Part shown: in pieces, positions 31,045-42,265 of the stretch
Numbering within the stretch: position 1 is the first letter of the stretch
How the letters are laid out: each line of letters starts with the position of its first letter
Origin: Gemmatimonadales bacterium
Lineage (GTDB): Bacteria > Gemmatimonadota > Gemmatimonadetes > Gemmatimonadales > GWC2-71-9
Length of the DNA stretch: 64,000 nucleotides
Direction: 5' to 3'
Assembly: GCA_037189525.1 (NCBI GenBank)
Contig: JBBCJC010000005.1
Location: 992,001 to 1,056,000 of the forward strand
Position numbers and translations under genes: made by a program
The notes under the pieces: model-generated
The model's database searches: none
What the model was told of the DNA's origin: nothing
The model's input: only the letters and a program-made list of their open reading frames with translations

Positions 31045-32466
31045 GTGATTGCTGCTCTGCGATATGTCGTCGCCGCTCTGACCGCCGCGCCAGCCGTTCC
31101 GCTAGCTGCCCATACGCCCGACCCTGACCTCGCCATCACCAACGTCACGGTGATTCCGATGACAGGAGCCGCCCCCATCACCGGCGCCACGGTGGTGGTG
31201 CGCGACGGCCGGATCGCCGCGGTCTCGACCGGCCGCACCACCGTTCCGCGCGATGCGCAGCTGATCGACGGGCGGGGCCGATTCCTGATCCCCGGCCTGA
31301 TCGACATGCACGCGCATCTCTATGCCGACGAGTGGGTGCCCGACTCGGTTGCTCCGTACGAGCTGGGCGTCTTCCTCGCCCACGGTGTCACCACTGCCCG
31401 GATGATGATCGGTACCCCAACGCACCTTCGTCTCCGTCGCGAGATCCAAACCGGCGAGCGGCTAGGCCCCACGCTCTTCGTCGCGTCGCCGCACGTGACG
31501 GGGCCTGGCGGCACCAATGCCCTGCCCGCTCGCACCGCGGACGATGCGCGGCGCGCCGTCCGTCACGCGGTCGACGCCGGCTACGATTTCCTCAAGGTTA
31601 CAACGGACATCACGCCCGAGGTCTACGATGTGCTGGTAGCGGAGTCCGGCAAGCTGGGCATCCGCATGGTCGGGCATGTCGATCCGAGAGTCGGCGTCGC
31701 GCGGGCGCTGGCTGCGGGGCAGGAGATCGAACACTTCGACAATTACATGGAGGCAGCACTCGCCGACTCGGCGCCGATGAAGACTTCGGTGTCCGACGTC
31801 GCGGCATATCGGGCCGCTAACTGGCGCTCGCTCGAGTACATCGACCTGCGCAAGATCGATGCGCTTGCCGGGGCTACGGCGCGGGCCGGCGTGTTTATCA
31901 CGCCGACGACGGCATTCTTCATCTCGTGGTTCGCGACCGAGTACACTGACGCCGAGATCGAGGCTCGGCCCGATTACCCCCACATCCCGCCCGCCATGCG
32001 CGACCTCTACCTCAAGTCACGCCGCTACTACTGGAACAACCCGCCGTCACGCGAGCTCCGGGCCCGCTACGTCGAGATCCGGAACCGCTTGGTGCGCGCG
32101 TTTGCCGACTCGGGAGGTAAGATTATGGCGGGGTCGGACGGGCCCGGCGGCCTGATGGGCTACGGCTGGATGATGCACCGCGAGTTGGAGGGATTGGTAC
32201 GCGCCGGACTCACACCAGCTGAAGCCCTGCGCGCCGCGACGGTCGTGCCCACCGAGTTTCTCGGCCAGTCGGCCGAGGTTGGGACCATCGAGCCCGGCAA
32301 ACGAGCGGACCTGGTGCTCCTCGCCGGCAACCCGCTCGCCGACATCCGCCACACCAGCCGCATTGAGGGCGTGGTAGTGGGCGGCCGCTGGCTCGACCGC
32401 CCCACACTCGACGGCATGATCGACGCCGCCGGGCGACGCCTCAACCCAGGCGGCTATCGACCGTGA
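31045..32466 (+). CDS. Exported amidohydrolase family protein
   Basis: GTG start with GGAG RBS; PGLIDMHAH, GVTT, EHF, AGSDG, PGKRADLVLL. Confidence 0.88.
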   Translation: MIAALRYVVAALTAAPAVPLAAHTPDPDLAITNVTVIPMTGAAPITGATVVVRDGRIAAVSTGRTTVPRDAQLIDGRGRFLIPGLIDMHAHLYADEWVPDSVAPYELGVFLAHGVTTARMMIGTPTHLRLRREIQTGERLGPTLFVASPHVTGPGGTNALPARTADDARRAVRHAVDAGYDFLKVTTDITPEVYDVLVAESGKLGIRMVGHVDPRVGVARALAAGQEIEHFDNYMEAALADSAPMKTSVSDVAAYRAANWRSLEYIDLRKIDALAGATARAGVFITPTTAFFISWFATEYTDAEIEARPDYPHIPPAMRDLYLKSRRYYWNNPPSRELRARYVEIRNRLVRAFADSGGKIMAGSDGPGGLMGYGWMMHRELEGLVRAGLTPAEALRAATVVPTEFLGQSAEVGTIEPGKRADLVLLAGNPLADIRHTSRIEGVVVGGRWLDRPTLDGMIDAAGRRLNPGGYRP

Positions 32467-32481
32467 GCCTGACCGCGGTTG

Positions 32482-34422
32482 CTACCGGCTGCGGGGCTCG
32501 ATCGAAGGAGCGCGGTCGAGGGTGCCCTCGATCCGGTCCATCCCGTCGACCACGAGCCGCACCGTGGGCGACGTACCTGACGCGAAGGGATCGGCCGCTT
32601 CGACGATCAGCGTGAAGGCACGCTCCTCACCGGACGAGGCGAGCCGGGCCATCCCGGTAATCGATGCCCAGCCGGCGGCGGTCTGGAGCGTACCGAGCGA
32701 GGTCGCTTCGAGCGCAGCCCCAGCCGGCGCGGTGAGGCGCAGGGTGCCCGCGGCGCGCTGACTCTGGCGCGCCTGGCGAATGTCGAGGGTGAGCGTGCCG
32801 CGGCTTTCACCGCTCAGGACCGCGAAGCCACCCGAAGCACGGACCCGTCGGGCGGCATTCAGGTCCATGGGCCGGCTCGGCATGTTGCCGGTGCGCCGGA
32901 GGATCCGGCCGCCGCGTTCGCCAGTCGCCTTGCCGTCGCGGAACGCGATGGCGCCGTTCACCAGCACGTGACGGATCCCCTCCGACGGCGCGCCAGGGTT
33001 TTCGAAGGTCGCGTGGTCGATCACCGTGGCCGTGTCGAAGACCACGACATCGGCCGCCATGCCGGGTGCGATGAGACCGCGATCGACCAACCCCATCATC
33101 GCCGCGGGCAACCCGCTCATCTTCCGGATCGCGTCTTCCCAGGTCAGCACTCGCTGCTCGCGCACGTAGCGGCCGAGCACCCGCGGATACGTACCAAACG
33201 CTCTCGGGTGACCGCGCTCGTTGGTGGTCGCGCCGCAGTCGCAGGCCACCGCGGTCGAGTGATACTGGAACAGCTTGACCAGATCCGCCTCGATTCCGAA
33301 GCCGAGAATCGCCCACGGGCTTTCCGTTTCCAGCACCTTGACGACGGCCTCGCCGGGCGTAGCGACACCCTGCTCGCGCATGATGTCGGAGAGCTTGCGA
33401 GTGCCGAGTACCAGGATGGTTTCGGGACCGTTGAACCGGGCTTTGATGGCCTCGTTGGACTCCTGGATGATCCGGGCCCGAAGGGCGGGATCACGAAACC
33501 GGGCTCGCATCGAATCGGTGCCGCCGTCGGCTGCCCAGCCGGGAATGATCAGTGCGCCGAGCCCGGTTTGTCCCGCCAGGTACGGATACACGTCCGTTGC
33601 AATCCAGCGTCCTTCGGCCGAATGGCGGTTCATCATCTCGAGCACGATGTCGGCGCTGCCCTGCTCATGCCCCTGCACCTTCATGTGCGTAAAGGTCGGG
33701 ACGAGCCCTGCGCGGAACCCGATGTCACGGGTTTCTTCGACACCGGCGCGCGCGCTGAACCCGGTTTCGGGAATGACCCGATCGTGATTGGGAAAGAAGG
33801 TCCGCCAGCGCCGGGCCGGTTCGAGCACGGCGACAACCTCGTCGGTCTTGGCGTAGTAAGCCGGCTTGTAGTCGAGCCCGGCCGATACCCCGAACGCGCC
33901 ACGCGCCAGGTTCGCAGCGACCAGTCCCTGCATCTTTTCGATCTCGGCCGCCGTGGGACGCCGATCGGACAACCCGACCACCTCGCGCCAGATCGAATTG
34001 AATCCGATGCTCGCCGCCACGTTGACTGCGAGCCCGTTCGGCTCGAGCGCGGCAAACTGTCCGTTGAGATCGATGGGACCGGCGCCATCGGCGTTGAGCA
34101 ATTCCGTCGTGACACCCTGGGTCAGCATGTTGACCGCCGTGGGCAGCGCCGATGGCTGCGCATGGCTGTGCACGTTGATGAACCCGGGCGCCACCATCAA
34201 GCCGCGCGCATCGATTTCGGTGGCCGCCTGCACCCGGCCCAGCTGTCCGATCCGCACGATCCTCCCGTCGCGGACCGCCACATCGGCCACGAAGCGGCGA
34301 GCCCCGGTCCCGTCGACCACGAGCCCGCCGCGAAGCACGACGTCATAGCCGGGCTGCTGCCCGGTCGGGACGCTCACGAACAGCGCCGCCATGGCAAGCA
34401 TACCCGAACGCACCACCGTCAT
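32482..34422 (-). CDS. N-acyl-D-amino-acid deacylase family amidohydrolase with C-terminal extension
   Basis: APGFINVHSH, DVYPYLAG, HPRAFGTYPRVLG, AIRKMSGLPA. Confidence 0.85.
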   Translation of the reverse strand: MTVVRSGMLAMAALFVSVPTGQQPGYDVVLRGGLVVDGTGARRFVADVAVRDGRIVRIGQLGRVQAATEIDARGLMVAPGFINVHSHAQPSALPTAVNMLTQGVTTELLNADGAGPIDLNGQFAALEPNGLAVNVAASIGFNSIWREVVGLSDRRPTAAEIEKMQGLVAANLARGAFGVSAGLDYKPAYYAKTDEVVAVLEPARRWRTFFPNHDRVIPETGFSARAGVEETRDIGFRAGLVPTFTHMKVQGHEQGSADIVLEMMNRHSAEGRWIATDVYPYLAGQTGLGALIIPGWAADGGTDSMRARFRDPALRARIIQESNEAIKARFNGPETILVLGTRKLSDIMREQGVATPGEAVVKVLETESPWAILGFGIEADLVKLFQYHSTAVACDCGATTNERGHPRAFGTYPRVLGRYVREQRVLTWEDAIRKMSGLPAAMMGLVDRGLIAPGMAADVVVFDTATVIDHATFENPGAPSEGIRHVLVNGAIAFRDGKATGERGGRILRRTGNMPSRPMDLNAARRVRASGGFAVLSGESRGTLTLDIRQARQSQRAAGTLRLTAPAGAALEATSLGTLQTAAGWASITGMARLASSGEERAFTLIVEAADPFASGTSPTVRLVVDGMDRIEGTLDRAPSIEPRSR

Positions 34423-34545
34423 GAGAGCATCCTCGATCGGAGAGGGTGACATCAACTAGTTGAAAACGCTGACAGAGAATAATGCCGTGGGGCGAGCGAT
34501 GGGACGAACCTGAAGGGCGACGACCGGCGGGTGTCGCCCCTGAGC

Positions 34546-34986
34546 TCAACACGATAGGGAGATTGCAGGAAACCAGTTTTCGACGAGAAGACCGGGCACC
34601 CGCTCGAACTCGCGGACGTTGCCGGTGGCCACGACGAATCCGTTGGCGCGCGCGATACTGGCGATGACGAGATCCCGCTCGCCGATCGGTGAGGCCCGAA
34701 GCGCCAACCGAATCTCGGCGTGATGCGACGCCGCGGCTCGATCGAAGTCGAGCAGGAGGATACCGGTTGCCAGGATCGAGTCGACCTGGTTCAGGCTCGC
34801 CTCGGGATCGCGGCTCCGAAGCGCGCCGTACCTGAGTTCCGCCTCGGTCATCGCCGTGATCGCGAGGTCGCCGGGCGACAGCGCGCGGAGCCGCTCGGGA
34901 ATGCCACGCCGGCGGCGGAGCCACTCGATACAGATATCGGTATCGAGGACCCACGGCCCCGCGCCGGCCACGACGTCAGGCTTCAT
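34546..34986 (-). CDS. vapC: VapC PIN-domain toxin
   Basis: VLDTDICI, TEAELRYGA, DLVIASIA, TGNVREFERVPGL. Confidence 0.92.
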   Translation of the reverse strand: MKPDVVAGAGPWVLDTDICIEWLRRRRGIPERLRALSPGDLAITAMTEAELRYGALRSRDPEASLNQVDSILATGILLLDFDRAAASHHAEIRLALRASPIGERDLVIASIARANGFVVATGNVREFERVPGLLVENWFPAISLSC

Positions 34987-35251
34987 CGCTCCATTGCTCG
35001 ATGGCGCGATCCCGATGCGGCGTGGGAGGCAGGGGCTCGGGCACCGTGAAGTCGTCACTGACAGGACCGGCCTTGTCGAACCAACTCCAGAACGCCGCAG
35101 GCCACTTGGGCTTTTCCAAAGGCTCCAGAATCACTCGATTACCCTCCCTTCTGATGCGAACGTATCGTCCCGGGAAACGAAAGGCGGCCGGAAGCCGAAC
35201 GGCCTGACTGCCTCCGGTCATGAACAGAGCCGCGCGAAGTTCTTCGGCCAT
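34976..35251 (-). CDS. vapB: VapB antitoxin (AbrB/MazE-type)
   Basis: LFMTGGSQAVRLPAAFRF...IRREGNRVILEP; overlaps vapC. Confidence 0.9.
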   Translation of the reverse strand: MAEELRAALFMTGGSQAVRLPAAFRFPGRYVRIRREGNRVILEPLEKPKWPAAFWSWFDKAGPVSDDFTVPEPLPPTPHRDRAIEQWSDEA

Positions 35252-35260
35252 CCGGACACC

Positions 35261-35310
35261 TCCCCTTGACGTATCTACAGTAGATACATCACCGGGATGC
35301 GTCAAGGGGA
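35261..35310 (-). promoter_or_regulatory. vapBC sigma70 promoter with overlapping operator palindrome
   Basis: Minus strand TTGACG-N17-TACTGT; perfect palindrome GTATCTAC-A-GTAGATAC (35271-35287) over the -10. Confidence 0.8.
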
Positions 35311-35434
35311 AAGCGACAGATCGGGAGCGCGGCGGCAGCGCAGAAAGGATCGGCATAGTCATGCTGGCAACCTATCGAGGTGGGACCCCTGCCAAGTAGC
35401 CGAAAAAACGCAGACATCATCTTTTTTACGCTAG

Positions 35435-37468
<2,034 letters not shown>

Positions 37469-37486
37469 CCTCCTTTCCCAGCAAGC

Positions 37487-37522
37487 AAAGAGGCCCCGCC
37501 GTCAGGCGGGGCCTCTTTTTTT
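37487..37522 (+). terminator. Rho-independent terminator (possibly bidirectional)
   Basis: AAAGAGGCCCCGCC-GTCA-GGCGGGGCCTCTTT followed by a T run. Confidence 0.9.
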
Positions 37523-37548
37523 CCTCTCGACGATCCTGTTGACCGACT

Positions 37549-38796
37549 CTACAGCGCCGCCGGCTCCGTCGAGACCACCATGTTGCCGATGGTCACGTTG
37601 GCATTGTTCGTCTTGACGAAGTTGAGCTTCCCGGTCACATACGGCACGCTCCAGATCGAAGCCGTCGTCGGATCGGTGCTGCTGTCATAGAGCGCGCGAT
37701 CCAGCGTGAGTGTCGCCCGCTCCGCGCAGTTGGCTCCGTTGGCACCCGTTGCCCAATAGACCAGCCGGGCCGTTCCGTCGTCGTTGGCGCCCGTGTCGAA
37801 GCAGATCGTCGACGGCCCCGCCGTGAAGAGCGCGTTGCCTCCCGCAGTGTAGCTGTACTGCGTGGTCGAGCCGGTGTTGAAGCGGAACCAGGTCCACGAG
37901 GAACCGGAGTTCGAGCGTCCACCCGTCAAAATCAGCTTACCCGCGGACTGCGCCGGGTTGCCCGTCGGGTTGGCATCCTGGCCGAGCACGGTGTAGAAGT
38001 AGCTGTTGTTGGCGGAGGCCTGGACGCCTTCGAGGCGGACATGGCGAACGGTGCCCACGGCCGGCGTGCACAACTGCTGCCAGTCCGTATTGGTCGCCCA
38101 CGCGGCCGAGCACGTCGTGGCGGCCGCGATGGCGGACGCTTCGAGCACGTGCTCGGTCGACAACGTGACCTTGGGCGAGGTCCCCGCGCTGCTCGATTGC
38201 CGGAAATACGCCTTTGCTTGCTTCGCAACTGCGCCGGTGGTTCCCTGCCAGGTGGCCTGCGCGGCGAAGGCCGTGGCGGCCGTCAGTGTACTGCGGGTCT
38301 CGCAGTCGGCGCCCCGCTGCCCGTCGACCCACAGTACGAAGGCCGGCGCCGTGGTGGCGCTGCCGTCGTGGAGGTCGAAGCAGACCGTCGCACCTGCATT
38401 GATGAATGCGGCGCTGCCATCGAGTACGGCATCGACCGATCCGAAGCTCGCCTGCACCAGCGCCGCAGGAGCGGGCACGCCGCCCCCGTAAAAGAGGACC
38501 CGGAACTGGCCGGCGCCGAGCGCGGCGGTCGGGCTAGTCGGCGCGGCGGTAAAGCCGAAGACGATCTGCGCCGAGGCGTGAGTGGCCGGCGCGCGAAGGT
38601 TTTCGATCCGAACATGCCGCACCGGCCCATCGAGCGCGCAGAGTTCGACGAAGGCGTCGCCCTGCGAAATATCGGTGCTACAGCGGGTCAGGTCGGCGGG
38701 ATCATCCGGGCCAGCGGGGTCGTCGCTGCACCCGATAACCAGCGTAGCCAGACCAATCAGGGCAAGCCTGGCGTACGAAACGGCCGGTAAGTTCAC
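37549..38796 (-). CDS. Hypothetical lipoprotein with two tandem Cys-containing repeat domains
   Basis: LVIG-C lipobox; duplicated VRHVR(I/L)E, T(V/I)CFD, GA(D/N)C..R.TLT. Confidence 0.75.
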   Translation of the reverse strand: MNLPAVSYARLALIGLATLVIGCSDDPAGPDDPADLTRCSTDISQGDAFVELCALDGPVRHVRIENLRAPATHASAQIVFGFTAAPTSPTAALGAGQFRVLFYGGGVPAPAALVQASFGSVDAVLDGSAAFINAGATVCFDLHDGSATTAPAFVLWVDGQRGADCETRSTLTAATAFAAQATWQGTTGAVAKQAKAYFRQSSSAGTSPKVTLSTEHVLEASAIAAATTCSAAWATNTDWQQLCTPAVGTVRHVRLEGVQASANNSYFYTVLGQDANPTGNPAQSAGKLILTGGRSNSGSSWTWFRFNTGSTTQYSYTAGGNALFTAGPSTICFDTGANDDGTARLVYWATGANGANCAERATLTLDRALYDSSTDPTTASIWSVPYVTGKLNFVKTNNANVTIGNMVVSTEPAAL

Positions 38797-38992
38797 AGAG
38801 TCCTCTGGGTACGGAGTACGGGGTATGACGTGGTTGCACGGCTAAAATAGAGAAGCGCCGCAGTCCCGTTAACCGTAGAAATACGGCCCTCCGGCGCGAG
38901 ACCCGGCAGAACCGTGACGACCGATACCCAAACACCCTCGTAGCCCTATCTTCGTTTCTCCCCCTCTCCCGAACCACGGAAGGTCCTGACCC

Positions 38993-39514
38993 GTGAACGA
39001 CTTACGCTATCCCGTCGGCCGGTTCCATCACTCCGGCAACGTCTCACATCAGCAGCTGGCTGCGTGGATCGACGAGATCAGCGCGCTCCCGGTTGCCCTG
39101 CGCCGAGCGGTCGAACCGCTGAATGACGACCAGCTCGACACGGCCTATCGCCCCGGGGGCTGGACCCTGCGCCAGGTCGTCCACCACATCCCGGACAGCC
39201 ACCTCAATTGCTACGTCCGGTTCAAGCTGGCACTGACGGAGGACGAACCGACCATCAAGCCCTACGATGAGGCCCGTTGGGCCGAATTGCCTGATTCACG
39301 GGCGTCGATCGGAGTGAGTCTCTCGTTGACCGAAGCCGTGCATGCGCGGTGGACTATGATGCTCCGCGCGATGTCGGATGCGGACTGGCGCAGACGGTTC
39401 ATCCATCCGGATTCGGGCCCGACCGACCTGGACCGCGCCGTCGGCTTATATGCCTGGCACGGGCGACACCATCTCGCGCACATTACCGGCACGGTGACTC
39501 GACACGGTTGGTAA
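38993..39514 (+). CDS. bstA: YfiT/BstA family putative bacillithiol S-transferase
   Basis: DLRYPVG, YRPGGWTLRQVVHHIPDSH, YAWHGRHHLAHI. Confidence 0.88.
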   Translation: MNDLRYPVGRFHHSGNVSHQQLAAWIDEISALPVALRRAVEPLNDDQLDTAYRPGGWTLRQVVHHIPDSHLNCYVRFKLALTEDEPTIKPYDEARWAELPDSRASIGVSLSLTEAVHARWTMMLRAMSDADWRRRFIHPDSGPTDLDRAVGLYAWHGRHHLAHITGTVTRHGW

Positions 39515-39687
39515 CTTGATCGGACAAGCTGCGACGGTCTATCGGGCCGCAGCTTGGCATGGCATCACGCAAGTCCGATCATCGAAGGCCATGCGTAGCT
39601 GCCGCGCAAACCGAGATACGACGGACTGAGCGCCGAGTACGGGGCGCGCACTAGATTGGAAACACGATCCAAGCTGGGGAGACGGGG

Positions 39688-40065
39688 ATGAAACTCTGGA
39701 CTGGTGTCATTACGGAACGGGTGATCGAATCCCGCGACTTCTATGTCCGCCTGTTCGGCTGCTCCGTCCTCTTCGACAGCGACTGGTTCGTCCTGCTCGA
39801 ACTGGGCGGCGGCGAACTGGGATTCCTCAAGCCGGACCTTCCCGCCCAGGCCACGCCCTTCCGGGGAGCCTACCCCGGCCAGGGAATGTGGGTCACGATC
39901 GACGTCGACGATGTCGAGGCGCACCATGCGCGCCTGGTGTCGCTCGGCGTTCCGATCGAACTGGACCTGCGCACCGAGGAGTGGGGCGACCGGCACTTCG
40001 TGATCCGTGACCCCAACGGGATCGGGGTCGACATCGTCACTCGAGCGGCTGCACCTCCCTCCTGA
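39688..40065 (+). CDS. VOC/glyoxalase family protein
   Basis: SRDFY..LFG, IDVDDV, EEWGDRHFVIRDPNG. Confidence 0.88.
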   Translation: MKLWTGVITERVIESRDFYVRLFGCSVLFDSDWFVLLELGGGELGFLKPDLPAQATPFRGAYPGQGMWVTIDVDDVEAHHARLVSLGVPIELDLRTEEWGDRHFVIRDPNGIGVDIVTRAAAPPS

Positions 40066-40087
40066 TCTGCCCCGGTCGCGATGCTGC

Positions 40088-41131
40088 TCAGCGGAGCGAC
40101 CGCACCGGTTGCGTCCAGGCTCTCCGGCCGCTCGAATCCGTCACACGGGCGCGAACATACCCCTCGCTGCCACTCGGCCGGTAGCGCGCCGTGAGGCCGT
40201 CGACGGTGGCCAGCACCCGCCCACCCGACCCGATGAATTCGGTCCGGTAGCGTCGATCGGCACTCGGCAGCATCTCGATCAGAATCTCGCCTGCGGTAAC
40301 CTGATAATCGCGCAGCGTCACACCCGTCGAACTATAGAAATCGCCTCGGTGCAATGCGCGCACGATGGCCGGCGCCGTCAGGGTATCGGCGCGGACCATG
40401 ATCCATCCGCGCCCAGGCCTCGCCAGGTCCGCATTCTCGGCGTGTTCCGGCCGGAAGCTGTGGCTGTCGTCGTCGGCCACGCCCCAGATTTGTTTGCCGC
40501 GCGACAGGAGGGAATCCCAGACCGCTTCGGCCGACGGCATCGTCCGCCCGGCTCCGTCGCTCCCGCCCAGGTTATTGACCAGGGGATGACCGTTCCAGAT
40601 CTCGAGCAGCGTCGAATCGGGCAAGCCAACCAGCTCACCAAGCGAAACCGACCAACGAAAGTTGGGATGGTTGACCTGGGCCACCCCTCCGGCCTCTCGT
40701 ACTGCCCGCAGGTGGCGCTCATAGGTCGCGGCAATGGAGGTGCCCGTCGCGATGTTCCGCTCGCCCAACGGACGGATGACCCTGGTAGCACCCAGCGCAT
40801 TCACGTGCGCCTGGCGCATTTTGTCGGGATGGGTCGAGTCGGCCACGCGCTGCGTGATCTCCTGCCCCGAGATGACGAGAAAACGATCGGCCGCACCGAG
40901 CAGCGCATCGAGCGGCGCCACATCGGTGATGAACTCGTGATCGGTGATGAAGGTGAAATGGTATCCGTGATCGCGATACCAGCGCACCACGACGTCCGGC
41001 GGACTGTCGCCATCGGTGTTGAGGGTGTGGGCGTGGGTGTTGCCGCGGTACCAGCGTCCCGGCGTGGCGCTCTGAGCCGCGAGGGGCGCCGCGAACAGGA
41101 TCAGGACGGCGAAGCGAAGCAGACTGGGCAT
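40088..41131 (-). CDS. Exported PHP-superfamily (CehA/McbA-like) metallohydrolase
   Basis: Signal peptide; GNTHAHT..DGD, ITDHE, NHP, DDSH. Confidence 0.85.
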   Translation of the reverse strand: MPSLLRFAVLILFAAPLAAQSATPGRWYRGNTHAHTLNTDGDSPPDVVVRWYRDHGYHFTFITDHEFITDVAPLDALLGAADRFLVISGQEITQRVADSTHPDKMRQAHVNALGATRVIRPLGERNIATGTSIAATYERHLRAVREAGGVAQVNHPNFRWSVSLGELVGLPDSTLLEIWNGHPLVNNLGGSDGAGRTMPSAEAVWDSLLSRGKQIWGVADDDSHSFRPEHAENADLARPGRGWIMVRADTLTAPAIVRALHRGDFYSSTGVTLRDYQVTAGEILIEMLPSADRRYRTEFIGSGGRVLATVDGLTARYRPSGSEGYVRARVTDSSGRRAWTQPVRSLR

Positions 41132-41180
41132 GGTCCTAATCTGGACCGCGGCGACAACCGCGTCCAGCCGGGCCGATCGG

Positions 41181-41363
41181 TCAGTCCCGGCGCGGGCACT
41201 GCTGATGCGGGAGCCGGACCGTGACCATCATCCAGGACTCGAGCCGCTGCGCTGCGGAAGATCCCGGCATCGGCAACACCTCCGCAACCGGCGCGGGCTG
41301 GCATGCCGAAGCCAGGAGAACGAACCCAACGGCGAGGAACGGGAAACGCCCTGGCGCGGTCAT
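41181..41363 (-). CDS. Small putative lipoprotein
   Basis: 60 aa; hydrophobic stretch plus LASA-C lipobox; co-oriented with its neighbours. Confidence 0.4.
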   Translation of the reverse strand: MTAPGRFPFLAVGFVLLASACQPAPVAEVLPMPGSSAAQRLESWMMVTVRLPHQQCPRRD

Positions 41364-41439
41364 GTCGGATCAACCAGCAAACTCCATTCCGATCAAGAGG
41401 AAGTGACCAGAAATGGGCCACGGACGGGCCGGGCCGAGC

Positions 41440-41823
41440 CTAACGCTTCCCGGACTCCGCGTGGAAATAGCTGTCCGTATGGTTGATCCAGTCCTGCCGA
41501 GGCGGCGAGAAGATATCCATATCGAGCGTGTCTTCGAGAGCCTCGGCGCGGTGCCAGACCATCGACGGAATGTGCAGGACCTCTCCAGCGCCGACGACGA
41601 CCGTCTCGGCGCCGTCCTCGCCCAGGAAAAACCGCAAGGCTCCGCTGACAATGTAGGTGAACTGCTCGTTCTCATGCTGATGCTTGGGGACGACGCATCC
41701 CTGCTTGAGAAAGACTTGCGCCAGCATGATCCGATCACCGGTAATCAGCTTTCGGTCGAGTTGATCGGTCACCTTCTCGAGCGGGATATCCGACCAGCGG
41801 GACAGGGTGCATCCGGCAGACAT
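41440..41823 (-). CDS. Cupin domain protein
   Basis: PKHQHENEQ...SG, GEVLHIPSMVWH. Confidence 0.9.
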   Translation of the reverse strand: MSAGCTLSRWSDIPLEKVTDQLDRKLITGDRIMLAQVFLKQGCVVPKHQHENEQFTYIVSGALRFFLGEDGAETVVVGAGEVLHIPSMVWHRAEALEDTLDMDIFSPPRQDWINHTDSYFHAESGKR

Positions 41824-42031
41824 ATAGCAGATCCTTGGTTCGGGAAGTCGACCCGCGTCAACCGTTCGGGGGCGGGGTCAATGGAAGATCTCTCCTCCCC
41901 CCAAAAGACGACAGTCCGGGTTCGGGCCTCGCGGAGGATGCGGCAACGGCCCGGCTACGGAACCTCAGTCTGGACCGGCGGAAGGAGGGGAGTGGGGGTA
42001 GCCTGCCGGTTCGATCGTCTAGTATACTGAT

Positions 42032-42142
42032 ATGGTGAACACGCTCAATCACTCCCCCCGACTTATTAGCGTCGTCGGACTGGCCGCAGGGCTCCTCCTT
42101 GCGGTCATTCTTCTCGTCGTTATCGGGACGGGCTGGGTTTAG
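42032..42142 (+). CDS. leu operon leader peptide (36 aa)
   Basis: MVNTLNHSPRLISVVGLAAGLLLAVILLVVIGTGWV*, 18/36 codons Leu/Ile/Val; followed by alternative hairpins and a terminator. Confidence 0.8.
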   Translation: MVNTLNHSPRLISVVGLAAGLLLAVILLVVIGTGWV

Positions 42143-42204
42143 CGCACCATCAAAACCCCTGCCCCTCCGAGGTGATCCGGACAGGGGCAACGCAACACGA
42201 CGCG

Positions 42205-42234
42205 AGGCTCCTTCCGATGGAAGGGGCCTTTTTT
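42205..42234 (+). terminator. Attenuator terminator of the leu leader
   Basis: AGGCTCCTTCC-GAT-GGAAGGGGCCT followed by a T run, upstream of the first structural gene. Confidence 0.85.
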
Positions 42235-42265
42235 CATTGCTCGCGTCGTGAGGCTGAAAAGGGTC

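Noticed and set aside
42030..42240. T-box riboswitch for the leu or ilv leaders
   Set aside because: No T-box consensus seen; the BCAA-rich leader ORFs explain the structures.
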